From the NCBI RefSeq assembly GCF_009834535.1, contig NC_045696.1, positions 67,520,001 through 67,584,000 of the forward strand: a DNA stretch of 64,000 nt. Direction: 5' to 3'. The position numbers were made by a program, and so were the translations under genes. Shown here piece after piece: positions 1 through 12,871 of the stretch (position 1 is its first letter; every line of letters starts with the position of its first letter). The stretch comes from Camelus ferus. Its lineage: Eukaryota. The notes under the pieces were generated by a model. The model saw only the letters and a program-made list of their open reading frames with translations. It was not told where the DNA came from and did no database searches.

Positions 1-330
1 TGCGGTGGAGAGAACTAAAGGACACAGTGGAAGTCAAAGTCCAGCCCTCTACATATGCAGGGATTCACTGTGACAAGGGGTGGCATAATGTCTTCCCCGA
101 GTCTGGGGAACAGCGTTACTGGCTTCCTCTCCCAGTCGCAACGTCTGGTCCCCTAGCTCTGAGAGGAAAACATGGTTGCATGTAGGTAAAACACAGATTG
201 CCCACCCAACCACCCCTTGGATTCACAGATACTGGTTCCCAGGTGGACAAAGACCTGAACTCTCTGCCTCTACCAAGAGTTGGAAAAAGGAAGGAAATCT
301 TGAGTTTCTTAGAATATGAAAGAATAGGAA
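1..330 (+). mobile_element. Highly decayed old L1 (L1M/L1ME-like) fragment
   Basis: Residual similarity to late L1 ORF2 (tacatatg...tgacaagggtggcat; cccaggtggacaaagacctgaac). Confidence 0.35.
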
Positions 331-439
331 AACATATGGTGGGGGCTATGTCTGTCTAGTGATAAATCTTTATGTTTTGGGTATTCTAGGAACTAGGACA
401 GGAATAACACTGAACAGCCTAAAGTAACTTGATTGGTGC

Positions 440-600
440 ATTTTTTCCCTCATATCTTACTTGTAAAGCAGACATTTATCATTTACTATTTGTGGACAGT
501 AAAACTGAAGTTCAGAAAAGTGAAGTACTTATCCTGGATGAGCTGTATAACATTTACGTGGTGAAGCTGGGTTTTGTATGCAGGCCTGTCTGATTCAGTC
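440..600 (-). mobile_element. MIR SINE
   Basis: aaaactgaagttcagaaaagtgaagtacttatcc is the reverse complement of the MIR core. Confidence 0.75.
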
Positions 601-1314
601 TTATGGCTTCTCCCCTCTCTCTTGCTGTTGACTCAAAAAATAACCCTTTTAGCAGACGTGTGAGCACAGTCTTGACAATGATTACCACATTTACTGCTAG
701 TCCTAGAAGTGATGTGCAAAATGTTTGCTGGAGGCTTGGGGGCTCTAAGTACAGAATAAACATCAGTTATCTTCGTTGGGTTCATAAGGGAGCTATGGGC
801 CTTGAAATCTAACCAAGGTTAACAACTGACACTTGCAGACAGCTTTTAGATATTTAGTTAAGACTCTATTAAAAGCACCAATAAAACCTTTTCCCTGTTT
901 ACACACCAGACTGTCCACCAGCTTCAGAGTTTACAGAGGCTTTGTGTAGCCCAACTGCCTTTCCCTGCTCGTAGGAGCAGTCAGGGTTCTCTCTCCTAAA
1001 GACATCTTCTTTTGAGATTCTTATCAAGCCGTGAGCAGACAGAGGTGTGGGAGCTACCACTGCAAACTGTGACTCCTACCCCCCAGGTTTAACTTCCAAA
1101 GTCTTATAAGAAACTGAATTTCACATTTTTAAATGGGGAATAAAATACACTAGTGTGAAATGGAGCTATTTCCAACTTAAGGCTGTACATTTTCGAAGAA
1201 CAAAGTTCTCTCTGGAGTATTTTGAGAGAAAGAGGAGACAGGCAGGGGTGAGGGGCTGGATAACCTTTCTGTATGACTCTGATCATGTCAAATGTTTAGG
1301 ACCTACATAGCCTT

Positions 1315-1670
1315 AGGAAAGAATATGGGTTTAGGAGTTTCAAAATGTGGCTTTCAATCTCCCCCATTATTCAGAAGCAAATATGTCACAAAGTCTTTTA
1401 TTCTCCTAGAATCTCTCTTCTTTTATCTATGAAATGTAGATCACAATACATCCAACATTCTACTACATTCTGTTATTTAATACATTCTAGATTTATGTAG
1501 AACAGAAAATATATCTATATTAACATTCTATTATTCAGTAGTAGAATACTAAAGTAAAAGAGAACATGTATTTTAATACTAGAATATCACTAGGTAATAT
1601 TAGCAATAGTAGAATGATAAATTAATAATAAAGTACTTTGTAAGCCATAAAGTGTTAAGTAAATGTTGAC
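1315..1670 (+). mobile_element. MIR SINE interrupted by an AT-rich tract
   Basis: MIR-like core (cttttatctatgaaatg) before 1450 and MIR 3' end (aagtactttgtaagccataaagtg) after 1630. Confidence 0.5.
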
Positions 1671-2844
1671 CGTCATTTGAGATAGTTACTCGTCAGAAGC
1701 TACCCGACCAAACAAGACTCAGACTAGGAACCACTAGAGAGAGTGGCTTTTAATACTATGAACTTGCATAGGTTGGTCTCTGGTCCAAAGCTGTTTCACA
1801 CTTTCCCATACGAGACAGACAGGGAGACCAGGCTTCCTGGGTTCCTGACTTTCCCAAAGCCATAAAGCCAAAAGGACACGGTGCGAGGATTCAGACCCAG
1901 ATCTTATAAACCCAAGCAAGACTCATTTCACAGCCGCTCTGCCTCCGTTTCTTCATATCCCTTCACATTTCCTAACTTGCTCTTGTCAAGTTTTTAATTT
2001 TTCTCCAACTAATGCCAATACTTAGAGAGCCCTCTAAGGTGGAACAGATTTTGGAAAGCAGGGCTGCCGGCATAGACAGAGAAACGATGGCTTTAACACT
2101 CAGTCACTGGCCAGCAAGCTTGAAATACGGGCAATTTCAAGACTTGTCAGAAAATAAGAACACGGACAGCAGGACAGACTGAATTTCTCAGCTGATTATG
2201 AAAATGACTATTCTCCTTTCACCTGCCCAAAAGCAACCCCAATGTAGCTAAAGGCACAAAGGACAGAGGTCCTGCCTGACAGTGGGCGTAGCAACGCGGC
2301 CAGTTAAGCAGGTAGCCCAGATTGCTTCTTTGTTCTTCTCTACCTCTAGAACCAGTCAGTCTAGGAACAGCCCCAAAACAGAGTAATACGACATTTTTAT
2401 TGAAAACCATATTGTGACTATACACAGAATATCTTGATCAAGGAATGTACAAACTCCTAATTAATTCACTAACCATAAAGAATGCAAATTTGTCAGCTTC
2501 CTCATCTGTAAATGATAAGGATTTAGATAGGATCTCTAAAAGCCTGTGCAGCTCTGAGAGTTTAGGATTTTCTGCCACATGAACACAAAATTAGGCAACC
2601 AAACTGGCCATGAAACCCAGGAATCAAGTCTCATGGACCCAATGCCATTTGTGGGAAGATCTTGAAAAGATTAACTCTGTAGTTGGAAATACTTTAATTT
2701 CTATTCATTTGGGCTCTACTGAAAGTAACACAAACCATTTATTTAGGTATTAAAAAGCAATAAGAAATATGTACCAATTAAATGTCTTATGAAAACTGAG
2801 GTGGTGCATCTAATAGAATTAAACAGCTCCTAGAATCAAACGGA

Positions 2845-2970
2845 AAATTCATCCATGCGTTCCTTCCTGTGCTGAGCCTCTATTGTGTGCAAAGCATAAT
2901 TATAAGCACCACAGGGATAGAGTGAGGATTCAGCTCATGGATGCCGTCCTTGTCAAGGTGCTCACAGAGA
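2845..2970 (-). mobile_element. L2 LINE 3' fragment
   Basis: attcatcca...tgctgagcctctattgtgtgcaaagca...tcaaggtgctcacag matches the antisense L2 tail. Confidence 0.65.
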
Positions 2971-4204
2971 AACAATACGAAGGAACTCCGTAGAGCACTG
3001 GAAAGCTGACAAAACTGGGAAGTCATGGCACACACACCAGATGCTTATTGTCTAAGTCTAGGGCAAATAGGAAAGCGCTAAGACCTAGGAACACGCAGGA
3101 ATGTTTTGTGTTTGCCCTCCTCCGAGCCTATAGACCAAAGAGAATAATCTTTTACTTTATGCTTAAAGGGACAACATCAAAGAGTATCAGGCTGAAGGCG
3201 CGGGGAAGCCAAAGCTCACACACTGAGAAGTGAAAACAGCAGTTTGGCAGTGGAAGCCTTTGATACATTTTTCTTTATTCTCCCCCTTCTTTAAAGAAAA
3301 TGAAAATAAACATTTCCTGGAGTTTCGAAAAGCCTAACATGACCCTACAGTTCTGGACAGAAGTAATATATGAAACTTATCTGAAATAAAAGGCAAAATT
3401 GCCTGAAAGCCTTTGTTCTAAATCCTGGCGGACAGGTGTTCACAAGATACGTTCCAAAGCCCTTGTTTTCTTTGTCAAAAATGCAAAGACGTGCACAGGA
3501 ACAAGATGCACATGTCAGGCAATTACAATGGTTTCCCTGCAACACAAACTATTGTCCTTGCCTATGAGGACTGGGCAGAGAGGCTCGCCCTTGATTCAGG
3601 AGCTGCTCCCTCATTAAAGACGCCTCTCCCTTTAGGTAGGGATGGGCACAGCCCCCCGCCCACGCGCACTCTGCTGACATCGCAGTGCAGGGAGCCGCTC
3701 CTCACAGCAGCAGATGTCTTTTCTTGCTGCCACCACTGATGGCTGCTGCAGCTCTTTCTCACTTGCCTTACAGCTTATTCTCTAGTAGCGTCAGGACCCG
3801 TGAATAATGATTTCACCTAACACTGGATTAGATGAGTTTCCTTGTCGGCTAAGGGATGCAACTAATTGATATGTGTCTGTGATAAAATGAGGACACACAG
3901 TAAGGAAAATATACTGAACCAAGTAGAAAGTGGCTCTGCCACAAAGTCTTCCCAGGGCTCTCAGTGAGGCAAAGCCTCTCTCAGGATTGACTGCCTCCTC
4001 TCTGAAAAGGGCAGGCTGAAATGAATTCTGTCAGGGTCTGTGAGTGGGAACACTCACTCATCTCTGAATGACTGGGACATCATCCACCTGTAATTTGCGA
4101 GCTTCCCACATGGATCATCACTGACCATTCAGATCCTCTCACTCAGTGCCCTAGATGCTATAGCAAAAATTAAGACCACGTTCTCTGGGCCATGAGAAAA
4201 GTGT

Positions 4205-4460
4205 AACCAATGAACATATAAGCAGTTATGGAGCATCAGCTTTCTGTATGGCCTTGTGCCAGGCATTGGGTGGTAATGAACTCGACAAGGAGGTCCTCTG
4301 CATTGCAAGAGCTCACCACCTAGTGGGGGAAACTGAGGAATTAAGTTAAAATTTCAAGATGGGACTTACGGTAGGTTGGTGAAAAGTTCTCTAGGATCAA
4401 AGATGAGGAAGCAGGTAACCTCTCTGGTGGGGAAGGCCAGTAGCACAACATCTGAACAAC
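4205..4460 (-). mobile_element. L2 LINE 3' fragment
   Basis: tgtgccaggcattggg...gagctcaccacctagtgggg. Confidence 0.65.
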
Positions 4461-4549
4461 TGAGATCATCAGCCAGAGAACTCCAAGGAACCAGGTGCAT
4501 GTATTTTACACTAGCTTTCAAATTAGCACCGGACCTCAGGTCTAGATTG

Positions 4550-4643
4550 CAAAATAAAAACTAAAGCAAAGCAAACCAAAACCAAAACCCAAGACCAAGA
4601 AAAACAAAAAATGAAAACTGAAATCAACAAAGAAATAACAAAG
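4550..4643. repeat. A-rich low-complexity tract, (CAAAA)n-like
   Basis: Seen directly. Confidence 0.8.
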
Positions 4644-5769
4644 TAGGTTTGATAAAGAGTTAAGCCACCCAATGTAGAACCGATAGCACATTTCCGTACG
4701 TTGCCGCCACTTGCTACCACGACATGTGTCATCATGCTGACAGGGAAACAGGGTGTGTACAGAGACAGGTAAGATTCAGACCAAAGGTAGGACACACTTT
4801 TGTGGGACCCATATAAAACGCTATGCAGATATTTGGCTGAATGAACCTTTTCTAATCTAAGTTTTAAAAAGGAGTGGTTTGTGGAAGATTTTGGCTTTAA
4901 TAATAAGATCTTGGTTTTATTCTTCCTGAGGTGGGCAGAACAAATCTACAGTAAAGTAGTGATACTTTCAATAGTAATACAATATACGCATAGATACTAC
5001 ATAGACCCTGAAAATACATGTATAAACATTTTTCTCTTCTAAATGAGGTGAATCACAGTACATAAATAGTCTGAACAAAAAGAACCAGCAGTGCTTTGCT
5101 GGGATAGCCCCGAATGGACAGATTAAACATCCTCATAATTTCTTGAGCTCCTGGGGATTAATGTACTTCATCGTGGTTTGTGGCTGTGGGAAGGACTCTA
5201 AAGAAAATAAATGAGTTTGGGGCTGGCTGAGAGTGTGAAGTGGCTGGATTTGTAAGTGAAGACATTTTGCTTAGTGAAATCTTTCATCAGTTGAACTGCC
5301 AAGGCTCCAACAGCCCTTCAAGAACAGACAGACATGTTCAAACCAGTTCTGCCTGCAGACAGAGCGTCGCTAATTGCTTTCCCCAGATTCTCCTGAATCT
5401 TCCTGCATGCAGAAGCACACAAAAAGCCAAGCTGTATACACTGCCTCTAGGATCCAACCCTCCACCTGTGGAAAGGAATTCAAGTTTCAACTCTATCTCG
5501 CTGCCACAGGTTTGCTTTGGAGCCTAATTACCAACGAAGTTTGATGACAACATAATTGGCTCCAGGGCCTTCTTGTTCCTTCCAAACAAAACAAAAAACA
5601 AATTCCTGAAGCAAGACCTGAAATGTACCATGGGGAATCCAGGCTCGGTGACGCAACTCCAAACGGGGGCTGTCTCCTCCCTATCTTCACATCGGCAGCT
5701 TCCCTGGAGAGCCTGTCTCCATAAGTGTGGACCGGCTTTGACAAATATTTACTGACAAATGACTATTAT

Positions 5770-5960
5770 TTTAATAGTAATAATCACCTGCAATCATTTG
5801 CTGATGTGCAGCCAACAACATTTGCATAGACGTTATCTCACTTGATGGCCACAACTGAGACTTTAAGGCATTTTCCAGGATCATAGGTGAGTAAACGGAA
5901 AAACTGGGGTGAGAATTCTGGTTCATCCAAGTGGCAGGCATGAACATTTTCACATTTAGT
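5770..5960 (-). mobile_element. MIR SINE
   Basis: ttatctcacttgatggccacaact...ataggtgagtaaac, antisense MIR. Confidence 0.55.
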
Positions 5961-5974
5961 ATTATTGCTCCAGA

Positions 5975-6181
5975 TGATAGGAATTCGGGTGTGACTCTGC
6001 CATGTTTAGCCACGTGTACTTGCATTCACCTCTCTGAGCTTCTGTTTTCTTATCAGAAACAAGCAGCTGATAATATCTGAAGTCTGTACCTCATACAGTT
6101 GTTTTTAGCGTCAAATGAGAAAATGTATAAAATTGGTCTTCTACTAGAAAATGTCAAGCAGCTGTAGAAAACATTATTACT
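5975..6181 (+). mobile_element. MIR SINE
   Basis: cacctctctgagcttctgttttcttatc...tacctcatacagttgttt...tcaaatgaga. Confidence 0.75.
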
Positions 6182-6788
6182 AGAGGTATAGGGCATGCAT
6201 ATGGGTTTTGGCAGGGAAGTGAGTGACTCCCAACAGACAGAAATGGTTAGGACTGGGTGAAGGTGGAATGAGACTACAGGAACTGGCTAGATTCATAGTA
6301 AAATGATCTTCGAGAAGCTTCTGTGAAGGAGCAGAGGGGTGCATGAGTCAGTGAGACCCAGACCATGAGTTTGGCATTCTGTAAGAGGTGGGGAGGAATG
6401 GTGGTTAAAGGTAGGGAGAGAATGCAGCTCCTGTTTAGATGTGATATGAGAACAGCGAGAATTAGGGAAGGATTCTAAAAACTGGCTTCAACAAAAGATC
6501 ATTGTGTCTAGGAAAGGGATATCCCATTTGTTTCTAATTTAGCAAGCAGACACAGAATCCTCGATGTGCAGGGCACTACGGGGGAGAGAGGTGTCAAAAG
6601 AGGTGGTCATTGTCTTCCAAGGTTCAGCCCAGGGGGAGAAAGAGACACAGACAAAAATACAGGTATTTTGAGAACAATAGAATATTACAGGCACAAAGTG
6701 AGATAGCAATACCATGCACACAACATACACACAATGCATAATGTTTATATGTTATACAATAGCCAATATCACATTCATACTAACGCAA

Positions 6789-7012
6789 ACTAACAATCAT
6801 TAAGTGTTTACAGGGGACCGGGCCCTGTGTTGAGCACCTAACAAATATCATCTCATGTAATCCCCACAGCAACCCAAGAAGATACCCATTTCTCTTATGA
6901 GCCCCGATACGAAGACAAGGACCCTGAGGCCCAGAGAGGTCAGTTAACCTGCCTGGTCACATCACTGGGACAGATGGAGCTGTGATCACCCCCAGCCCAA
7001 GTTGTCTGACTC
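6789..7012 (-). mobile_element. MIR SINE
   Basis: atctcatgtaatccccacagcaaccc...ctgaggcccagagaggtcagttaacctgcc. Confidence 0.85.
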
Positions 7013-7029
7013 GGTGCTGAGACCTGTTG

Positions 7030-7278
7030 TCCCTTCTCTTCCAGTTCTCCCTCTTCCCTCCTGGTTTATTTTTCTCTTAGCACTTATTGCCTCCCCAGTA
7101 TTCTGTGTAACTTATGACTGGTTTGTTATCTCTCCCTATGAGTGGAAGCTCCCTAGAGGCAGGGTTTTTGTCTCTTTTGCTCACTGTTGTGCTCACCATC
7201 ATATCCTCTCAACGACTAGAACAGCACCCGGGACCAAGACTGGCCTCAGTAATAATTGTCGAGCAGATAAATGAATAC
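7030..7278 (+). mobile_element. L2 (L2a-like) 3' end
   Basis: ttttctcttagcacttat...aagctccctagaggcaggg...taaatgaat. Confidence 0.85.
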
Positions 7279-8029
7279 ATGTTAAGAGATCACATTATGC
7301 TACTGTGGGTCTCATAGCTGGGGAAGAGGTGGCCGGATGGAAACATTTGGGAGAAGAACGAGATTCACCATGAAAAGGTAGACGGAGAGGAAAGGAGGAG
7401 AATGGAAAAAGTTGTGTAGATAAAGAAACACTGAGAGCAGGTGGTGGGGAAGCAGATGGGAGGAACAGGGGTTGTTTGCAGGTCAGTGAGGAAAAGGCTG
7501 ATGAGAGAGATTTACAGTCCACATTCCAGCAAGCACTCAGCTCAGAACACACTCAAAGCTCTGAATTCACTCACGTATCCCAGCCACATAGCTGGAGGAA
7601 GGAATCCCCGCGCCTCCCGCCCTACCATTTGGCTCCTGCCTCATCTCCTTCTATGGCTGAAGTGCAGGACTCCCAGCATTTCATCCTCTCTACTCCTCTC
7701 CCTGTCGTGGGAAAGTCAGCCAGCTCAGCTACCACTTCCTTTTAGGCGGCTCATCACCTGGCTGCCTGAACTTCACTCATGAAGTCTTTTACCAAGTGCA
7801 GAACTGAGTAAGACTTGTCTTCTCTCCTTACTTGGGCTTCTGATTCAGCTGTGCAGAACCACCATAGCTGGAAGTCATCATTTTCCCCTCTTAAGTTGCT
7901 ACTTGGTAACAAATATATGGGGTGGTGTGCTGTGGGGTGGGAGACTGCCTACTCACAATCATGTGTCTGGGAGGTAGTATGTTTATGTCACTTATTCTAG
8001 CCTTGTTTCAAAAGAATATCCTGGGTGCT

Positions 8030-8190
8030 TGCCAGATCTGAGCTATAAGTCCCAGCTCTATTATTCCCCTACTAAGTGATCTGGACCCGTCATGTATAAA
8101 TCATAGTTTCCTTGCTTGAAAATGAAAATGTATGATAGGGGAGGTGGTGGTTAGATTTTTAAGTTCCAGCGAACTCCAATATTCTGTCCC
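8030..8190 (+). mobile_element. MIR SINE fragment
   Basis: agtcccagctcta...agtttccttgcttgaaaatg. Confidence 0.55.
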
Positions 8191-8293
8191 ATTATTATTA
8201 ACATTTCTCAAATCTCCTATATAATCAATCTCTTTTCAATAGCCCCAGTCAATACAACTGCTTGCTCCAGCAATTCTACAAATGGTTTCTGCC

Positions 8294-8830
8294 ATTTATT
8301 CATACACCTATTGGATCAGTAGCCTTTGAACAGCCACACTGTGAGGAAATAAACCTGCCCTAGACCTGATTAGGAAGGGGGCAAGAGAAGATAAGATGAG
8401 ATCCTACCATCATCTCAAGGAATTTCATATCTAGTAGGAGAGGTAAGGCATATTCAACTGGAAAACAAGTAACACAAGACAAAACGTGGTAGAGGATTTC
8501 TTAAGAGAGAGAGATCAGAGATGACAGTGGGAGTTCAGAGGAGAGGACTGTCACTTTCAGACAGAAAAATTAGGGCCAAACATTTTCAGCAGAAGAGGTA
8601 TTTGAGTTGGATCTTAAGGGATAAGATACATGTCAGTGGCGGTGGTGATGGTGGTGTTGGTGAAGGAATTCCAGGCAGAGACAACAATACAAGCAAAGAC
8701 ACAGTGATGGGAAAACTAATTGCCAATGTGAGGGAAGTATGAAGGTAGTCAGGGATGCAAAGTTAGCAGTCAGATCATGGAGGACCTAGAATGCCAATCT
8801 GAGTTATCTGGATATTATGTGATAGATATC
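8294..8830 (-). mobile_element. L2 LINE fragment
   Basis: tctcaaggaatttcatatctagtaggaga; gaggtatttgagttggatctt; attccaggcagag; cagatcatggaggacctagaatgcca. Confidence 0.8.
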
Positions 8831-9539
8831 ATTTGACACCATACATTAAGCTACATTCCTGTTTGCAGTCTTCTGCTTATTAAAATGTCTATCCTACGAC
8901 ACACTGACCAAGGAGGACTAATAGGGCAGAACTTTCCAGATGAGAGCTTGAACTAATTACTACTGAAAGTTAATGGGGCAAGAATCTACACTGAGGACAG
9001 CAAGATGTCTCTGATAAGTAAATCTGCGGAAACCAGAGAGTATTTTATTGGCACCCCGACCCAAACCAAGCACAAACTGGATGCACTTGCAAATGGCAAA
9101 ACCCCCTCAGTCTACAAGAAAGCAGGAGCTGTTCTCTCAAGAGGTAAGCTGTCCACTGGAGAGTCTGAGAGTGTTTGCAAGTGTCCTGTTCTCTTCAGTT
9201 AGTCCTCTGGCAGCTGCTTCTGAACCAAAATAAGTGGCAGGCTCTGGAGCACAAGCCGTACTCCACTGAGAGCGGCACACAGAGACCCAGGGGAGGAGAG
9301 GGCGAGAGGAGACGCTGAGGGGGTGGAGACAGGAAAGAAAGGCTAGGTAGGATTATGCCAGTGGGTAGCCTAGGTAACCAGAAAACATCTTGTACATTCT
9401 GCTTGAGAGTTCAGCAGCACATGGAGGAAAAACGTGCCCTAGTTTTGTCAACATCAACAGCCTGGGAACAGGACATCTCTGTGCCTCAGTCAAGGTAGGG
9501 GCAGAGATCTCCAAGGCCCTTAAATCTTAAGCATCTGGC

Positions 9540-9630
9540 AAAAAAAAAAAAAGAAAAAAGAAGAAAAAAAGAAAAAGAAAAAGAAACAAGAGTTGGAATG
9601 TGTGTGTTCACGGGCGTGCGTGTGTGTGTG
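9540..9630. repeat. Poly(A)/(GAAAAA)n followed by imperfect (TG)n
   Basis: Seen directly. Confidence 0.85.
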
Positions 9631-9937
9631 TTTGGTGGGGGTGGTAGTGGAGTGTGGTGGTGAAGAAAGCGAACGATGCAGAAGTTCAGAGAGAGGTATC
9701 GTGAAGGTCCCAGAGCATTGGGGCTACCTAGTTTTGAAGGCAGCATCCTATCAGCTCAAGGGTTGAGTGGATATCCTGTAAAGGAAGGGCTCAACCCAGG
9801 TGGCTCACACTCTCCGGAGACAGGACATGGAGACACCTTGCTATCTTCCTCAGTTCAGCAGACCATAAGGTTCTGGGGGAGAGAGCAAGCAATGGACTTT
9901 GTAGGTCCTCTAGTGAACATATTAATGAATTATGGCT

Positions 9938-10550
9938 AATTTACAGCTAATACTTAATACCAATTACAATGTGCCAGGAACTGTCCTGAGAAACATGTAT
10001 GTGAACATACACACATATATAAACACAAGTCTGTAAATGAGTATATATGTATGAATATACAGTCAGTGCTCCATATCTGCAGGTTCTACATCCACAGATT
10101 CAATCAAGCACAGATCAAAAATATTTGGGAAAAAATCCAGAAAGTTCCAAAAAGCAAAACTTCAATTTGCAGCATGCTAGCAACTATTTACATAGCATTT
10201 ACATTGTATTTACAACTACTTACATAGCATTTACATTGTATTAGGTATTATAAGTAATCTAGAGATGATTTAAAGTATACTGGAGGAGGTGCACACTAAG
10301 CCATTTTATATAAGGGACATGAGCATCTGTGGATTTTGGTATCTGTTGGGGGTCCTGGAACCAATCCTCCCGTATGTATTTGTAGACACATATACTCACA
10401 GACATTCTCATTTAATCCCCATACCAATCCTTTTATAGAAACTCTTACTATCCTCATTTTAGATAAGAAAACGGAAACATCAAGAAGGTGTGTAACTTTG
10501 CCAAGACCACCTGGCTAGTCTGTGGTGGAACTGGAAACTGAACACAATTT
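9938..10550 (-). mobile_element. MIR SINE split in two by the MER2B insertion
   Basis: agctaatactta...tgtgccaggaactgt at ~9945-9990, resuming as tctcatttaatccccata...ttgccaagaccac at ~10405-10550. Confidence 0.75.
10060..10374 (-). mobile_element. MER2B-like TcMar-Tigger DNA transposon (non-autonomous)
   Basis: TA|cagtc terminus; ttataagtaatctagagatgatttaaagtatac; ggattttggtatctg...ggtcctggaaccaatcc; duplicated caactatttacatagcatttacattgta; right terminus eroded. Confidence 0.9.
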
Positions 10551-11416
10551 CACAGTTCACTCTGGGAAAAAGAGGTGAAGCTGCCGTGCATAAAGAAGAA
10601 AATGTACCTTTACACACACATACACACACACACGTGAGCTCTAGTGCATATGTGTGCTCTTGTGCCCCCTCCTCCCAGAGATACCCAGGCACCACTGCGT
10701 CTATACTGAAATGAACCTCAGATTGTAAAGGCAGCATAGGGGTCACCGCCCTGTAACTTTACTATAATGTTGTTAAGAAAAAATTAATGATATTAATAAT
10801 CTATACTAACTTGGGTATATGGTTGTATAGTTCATAAAGAACTTTCAAAGCCAGACATTTGCATAGAATGTGGAGAGGCAGCAAACCTTAAGCAGAAGGG
10901 CAAACGTTTTCTGCTTATTACGTAGCTGCTTCAGGTCACTTAAGATGAATTTCTGCCAAGCCATAATAGCAACTTGATTCTCAGATGCCCCCTCAACCCT
11001 CATTCCCAGAACCGTTATCCCACTCTGCTTCAGGCTTCCAAAGCTCAGTACGTCACCCTCACCTTGGCCTGTGATGGCTGAATTTATGAAGGAGACTGTG
11101 AGGCTTCATTTTGGAACTCAGATGAAGCTGGAGAAGTGTGCCAAAGATGACACTGGACATATGGTACTTAAAAATGATTCTGATGGAATTCAGAATAAGC
11201 ATGCCCACTGAGTTCACACCCGTGCTGATGCAGCTGACCTGCCACTCACACAACGTAACCACTGCCCCGTACACCGCAGTTTCACGATCTTGCACGTGGC
11301 TCAAGGAGAGACAGAGTTCTTTCTATTCCCAGTGGCTCACAGACCAACTCAGACTGGTACCATCCAAACTTACAGAGCAATTCCCAAAACCCCTGGAAGG
11401 GTCTGTCATTCTAGAT

Positions 11417-11610
11417 CAGTTCTGTCCAGCAGAACTCTTTGCAATGATGGAAGAGTTCTGCCCTGTCCAACATGGTAGCTACTAGTTATTTGTGACTACT
11501 GAGCATTTGAAATGTGGCTAATGGGACTGAGGAGTTGAATTGTTAATTTTAATTAATTTACATTCAGATAAGCTGCATGTAGCTGGTGGCTACCATGTTG
11601 AACAATGCAG
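11417..11610 (+). mobile_element. MER3 hAT-Charlie DNA transposon
   Basis: ctgtccagcagaact...gagcatttgaaatgtggcta...gtggctaccatgttgaacaatgcag; degenerate 8-bp TSD ttctagat / ttctgggt. Confidence 0.9.
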
Positions 11611-11699
11611 TTCTGGGTCACCTAGACTAGCGTATTCATTCTACTCCTCCCATGAGTCAGCTCCTTTGAACCTCACCTCACTCGAATGAGTGAATGCAC

Positions 11700-11830
11700 T
11701 TTCCAGAGGACAGCATGAGGCTACAGAGGGTAAATTACTTGCTTAAAATTGCACAGCCGTTCCAGAGCAGAGACAGGATTATGAGACAAACTTCCTGATT
11801 ACTGTGGTTCTTCTTCCACTTAACTACATA
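11700..11830 (-). mobile_element. MIR fragment
   Basis: gagggtaaattacttgcttaaaattgcacagc. Confidence 0.6.
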
Positions 11831-12871
11831 TTTCTGAGATGAAATTATGATACAAATAGATTATTATGAGCCCAATCATGACCATCAGTTTCCTATTTTC
11901 TCCTTAACACCAATGACTTTGGTAGGAAAGTATACTTAAGATCTAATGGTTTTAAGAATTAGCAACAGCAACAACAACCAAAAAGGTCGGCCACAAAGAT
12001 CAGGCAGATACACAGAGGGCAGAAAATAAAACTTTATGACTAGCAAATGACAAAACTGGCAAGTTGAAGACATAACTTGAGAATCCTAAATTAAAAATTT
12101 TTAATTAATGATCTAATTTTGGGGACTCATAAAAACATGCTGAAACCCACCCCCCCATTAGAAATTTGCCAGCTGACTACTATGGTTCTGCACCTGACCT
12201 CTGCTATTTGCTGACTTGATTTAATTTCATTTGTTCTACGTCTTTCTATACTAAAAGCAGTTATGGATTGTCTTAAAATCAAAAAGGATTTTAGGAGTCA
12301 TGAGAATGCAAAAAAAGCCACTTAAAAACAAACCATTTTAATTTGTTTTACTTGTTCTTTGTTTTATTAACATTTACAACATAGAAATTGTGTTTGTTTT
12401 TTCCTTCCCCCGCCCAAATCTGTACTCAATAAAAAATGTTTCCAAACTGGGATGCCAAGTTTCCATTCAAATCCCATTTTATTTTATATCCCTTGGTGAA
12501 CCCTCCTTAAAACAAAGGTTTACACTGATGCTTGGGTGCACTTACAGTTGACACAGTGAGATAAACCACCCTGCAGCCCTCTGAGCTCTCCAAGCCTTGA
12601 CAGCACTGGGAGAGGATCCTTCAAAGGAGAAGGGCCAGTTTTAGCAAAGTCTGGGATGCTCTCTTTCTGGCTACCAGGGCAAGCTGCTTATGATCCTGAA
12701 AATATTTATTCTCACCCATCTCTTCTAGAAAGGCTGAGAAATCTCACACCTCTTGGCCACATTATCTTGATTATAATCCTGGCTTGCTCCTCTCTGACTC
12801 ACAGATAGTCTGGAATTCTAAACAGAACTCTCAGAAGGAAGTATGTAATTGAATTATAAAATGCCCAAGTA

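Noticed and set aside
2155..2172. REST/NRSE-like CACGGACAGC
   Set aside because: Only the right half-site matches.
4640..4740. C-box-like ATGATGA on the minus strand
   Set aside because: No D box (CTGA) or terminal stem at a suitable distance, so not a C/D snoRNA.
5387..5509. 123-nt plus-strand AG/GT-bounded segment open in two frames
   Set aside because: Weak donor (gtttgc), unrecognised peptides, no supporting exon chain.
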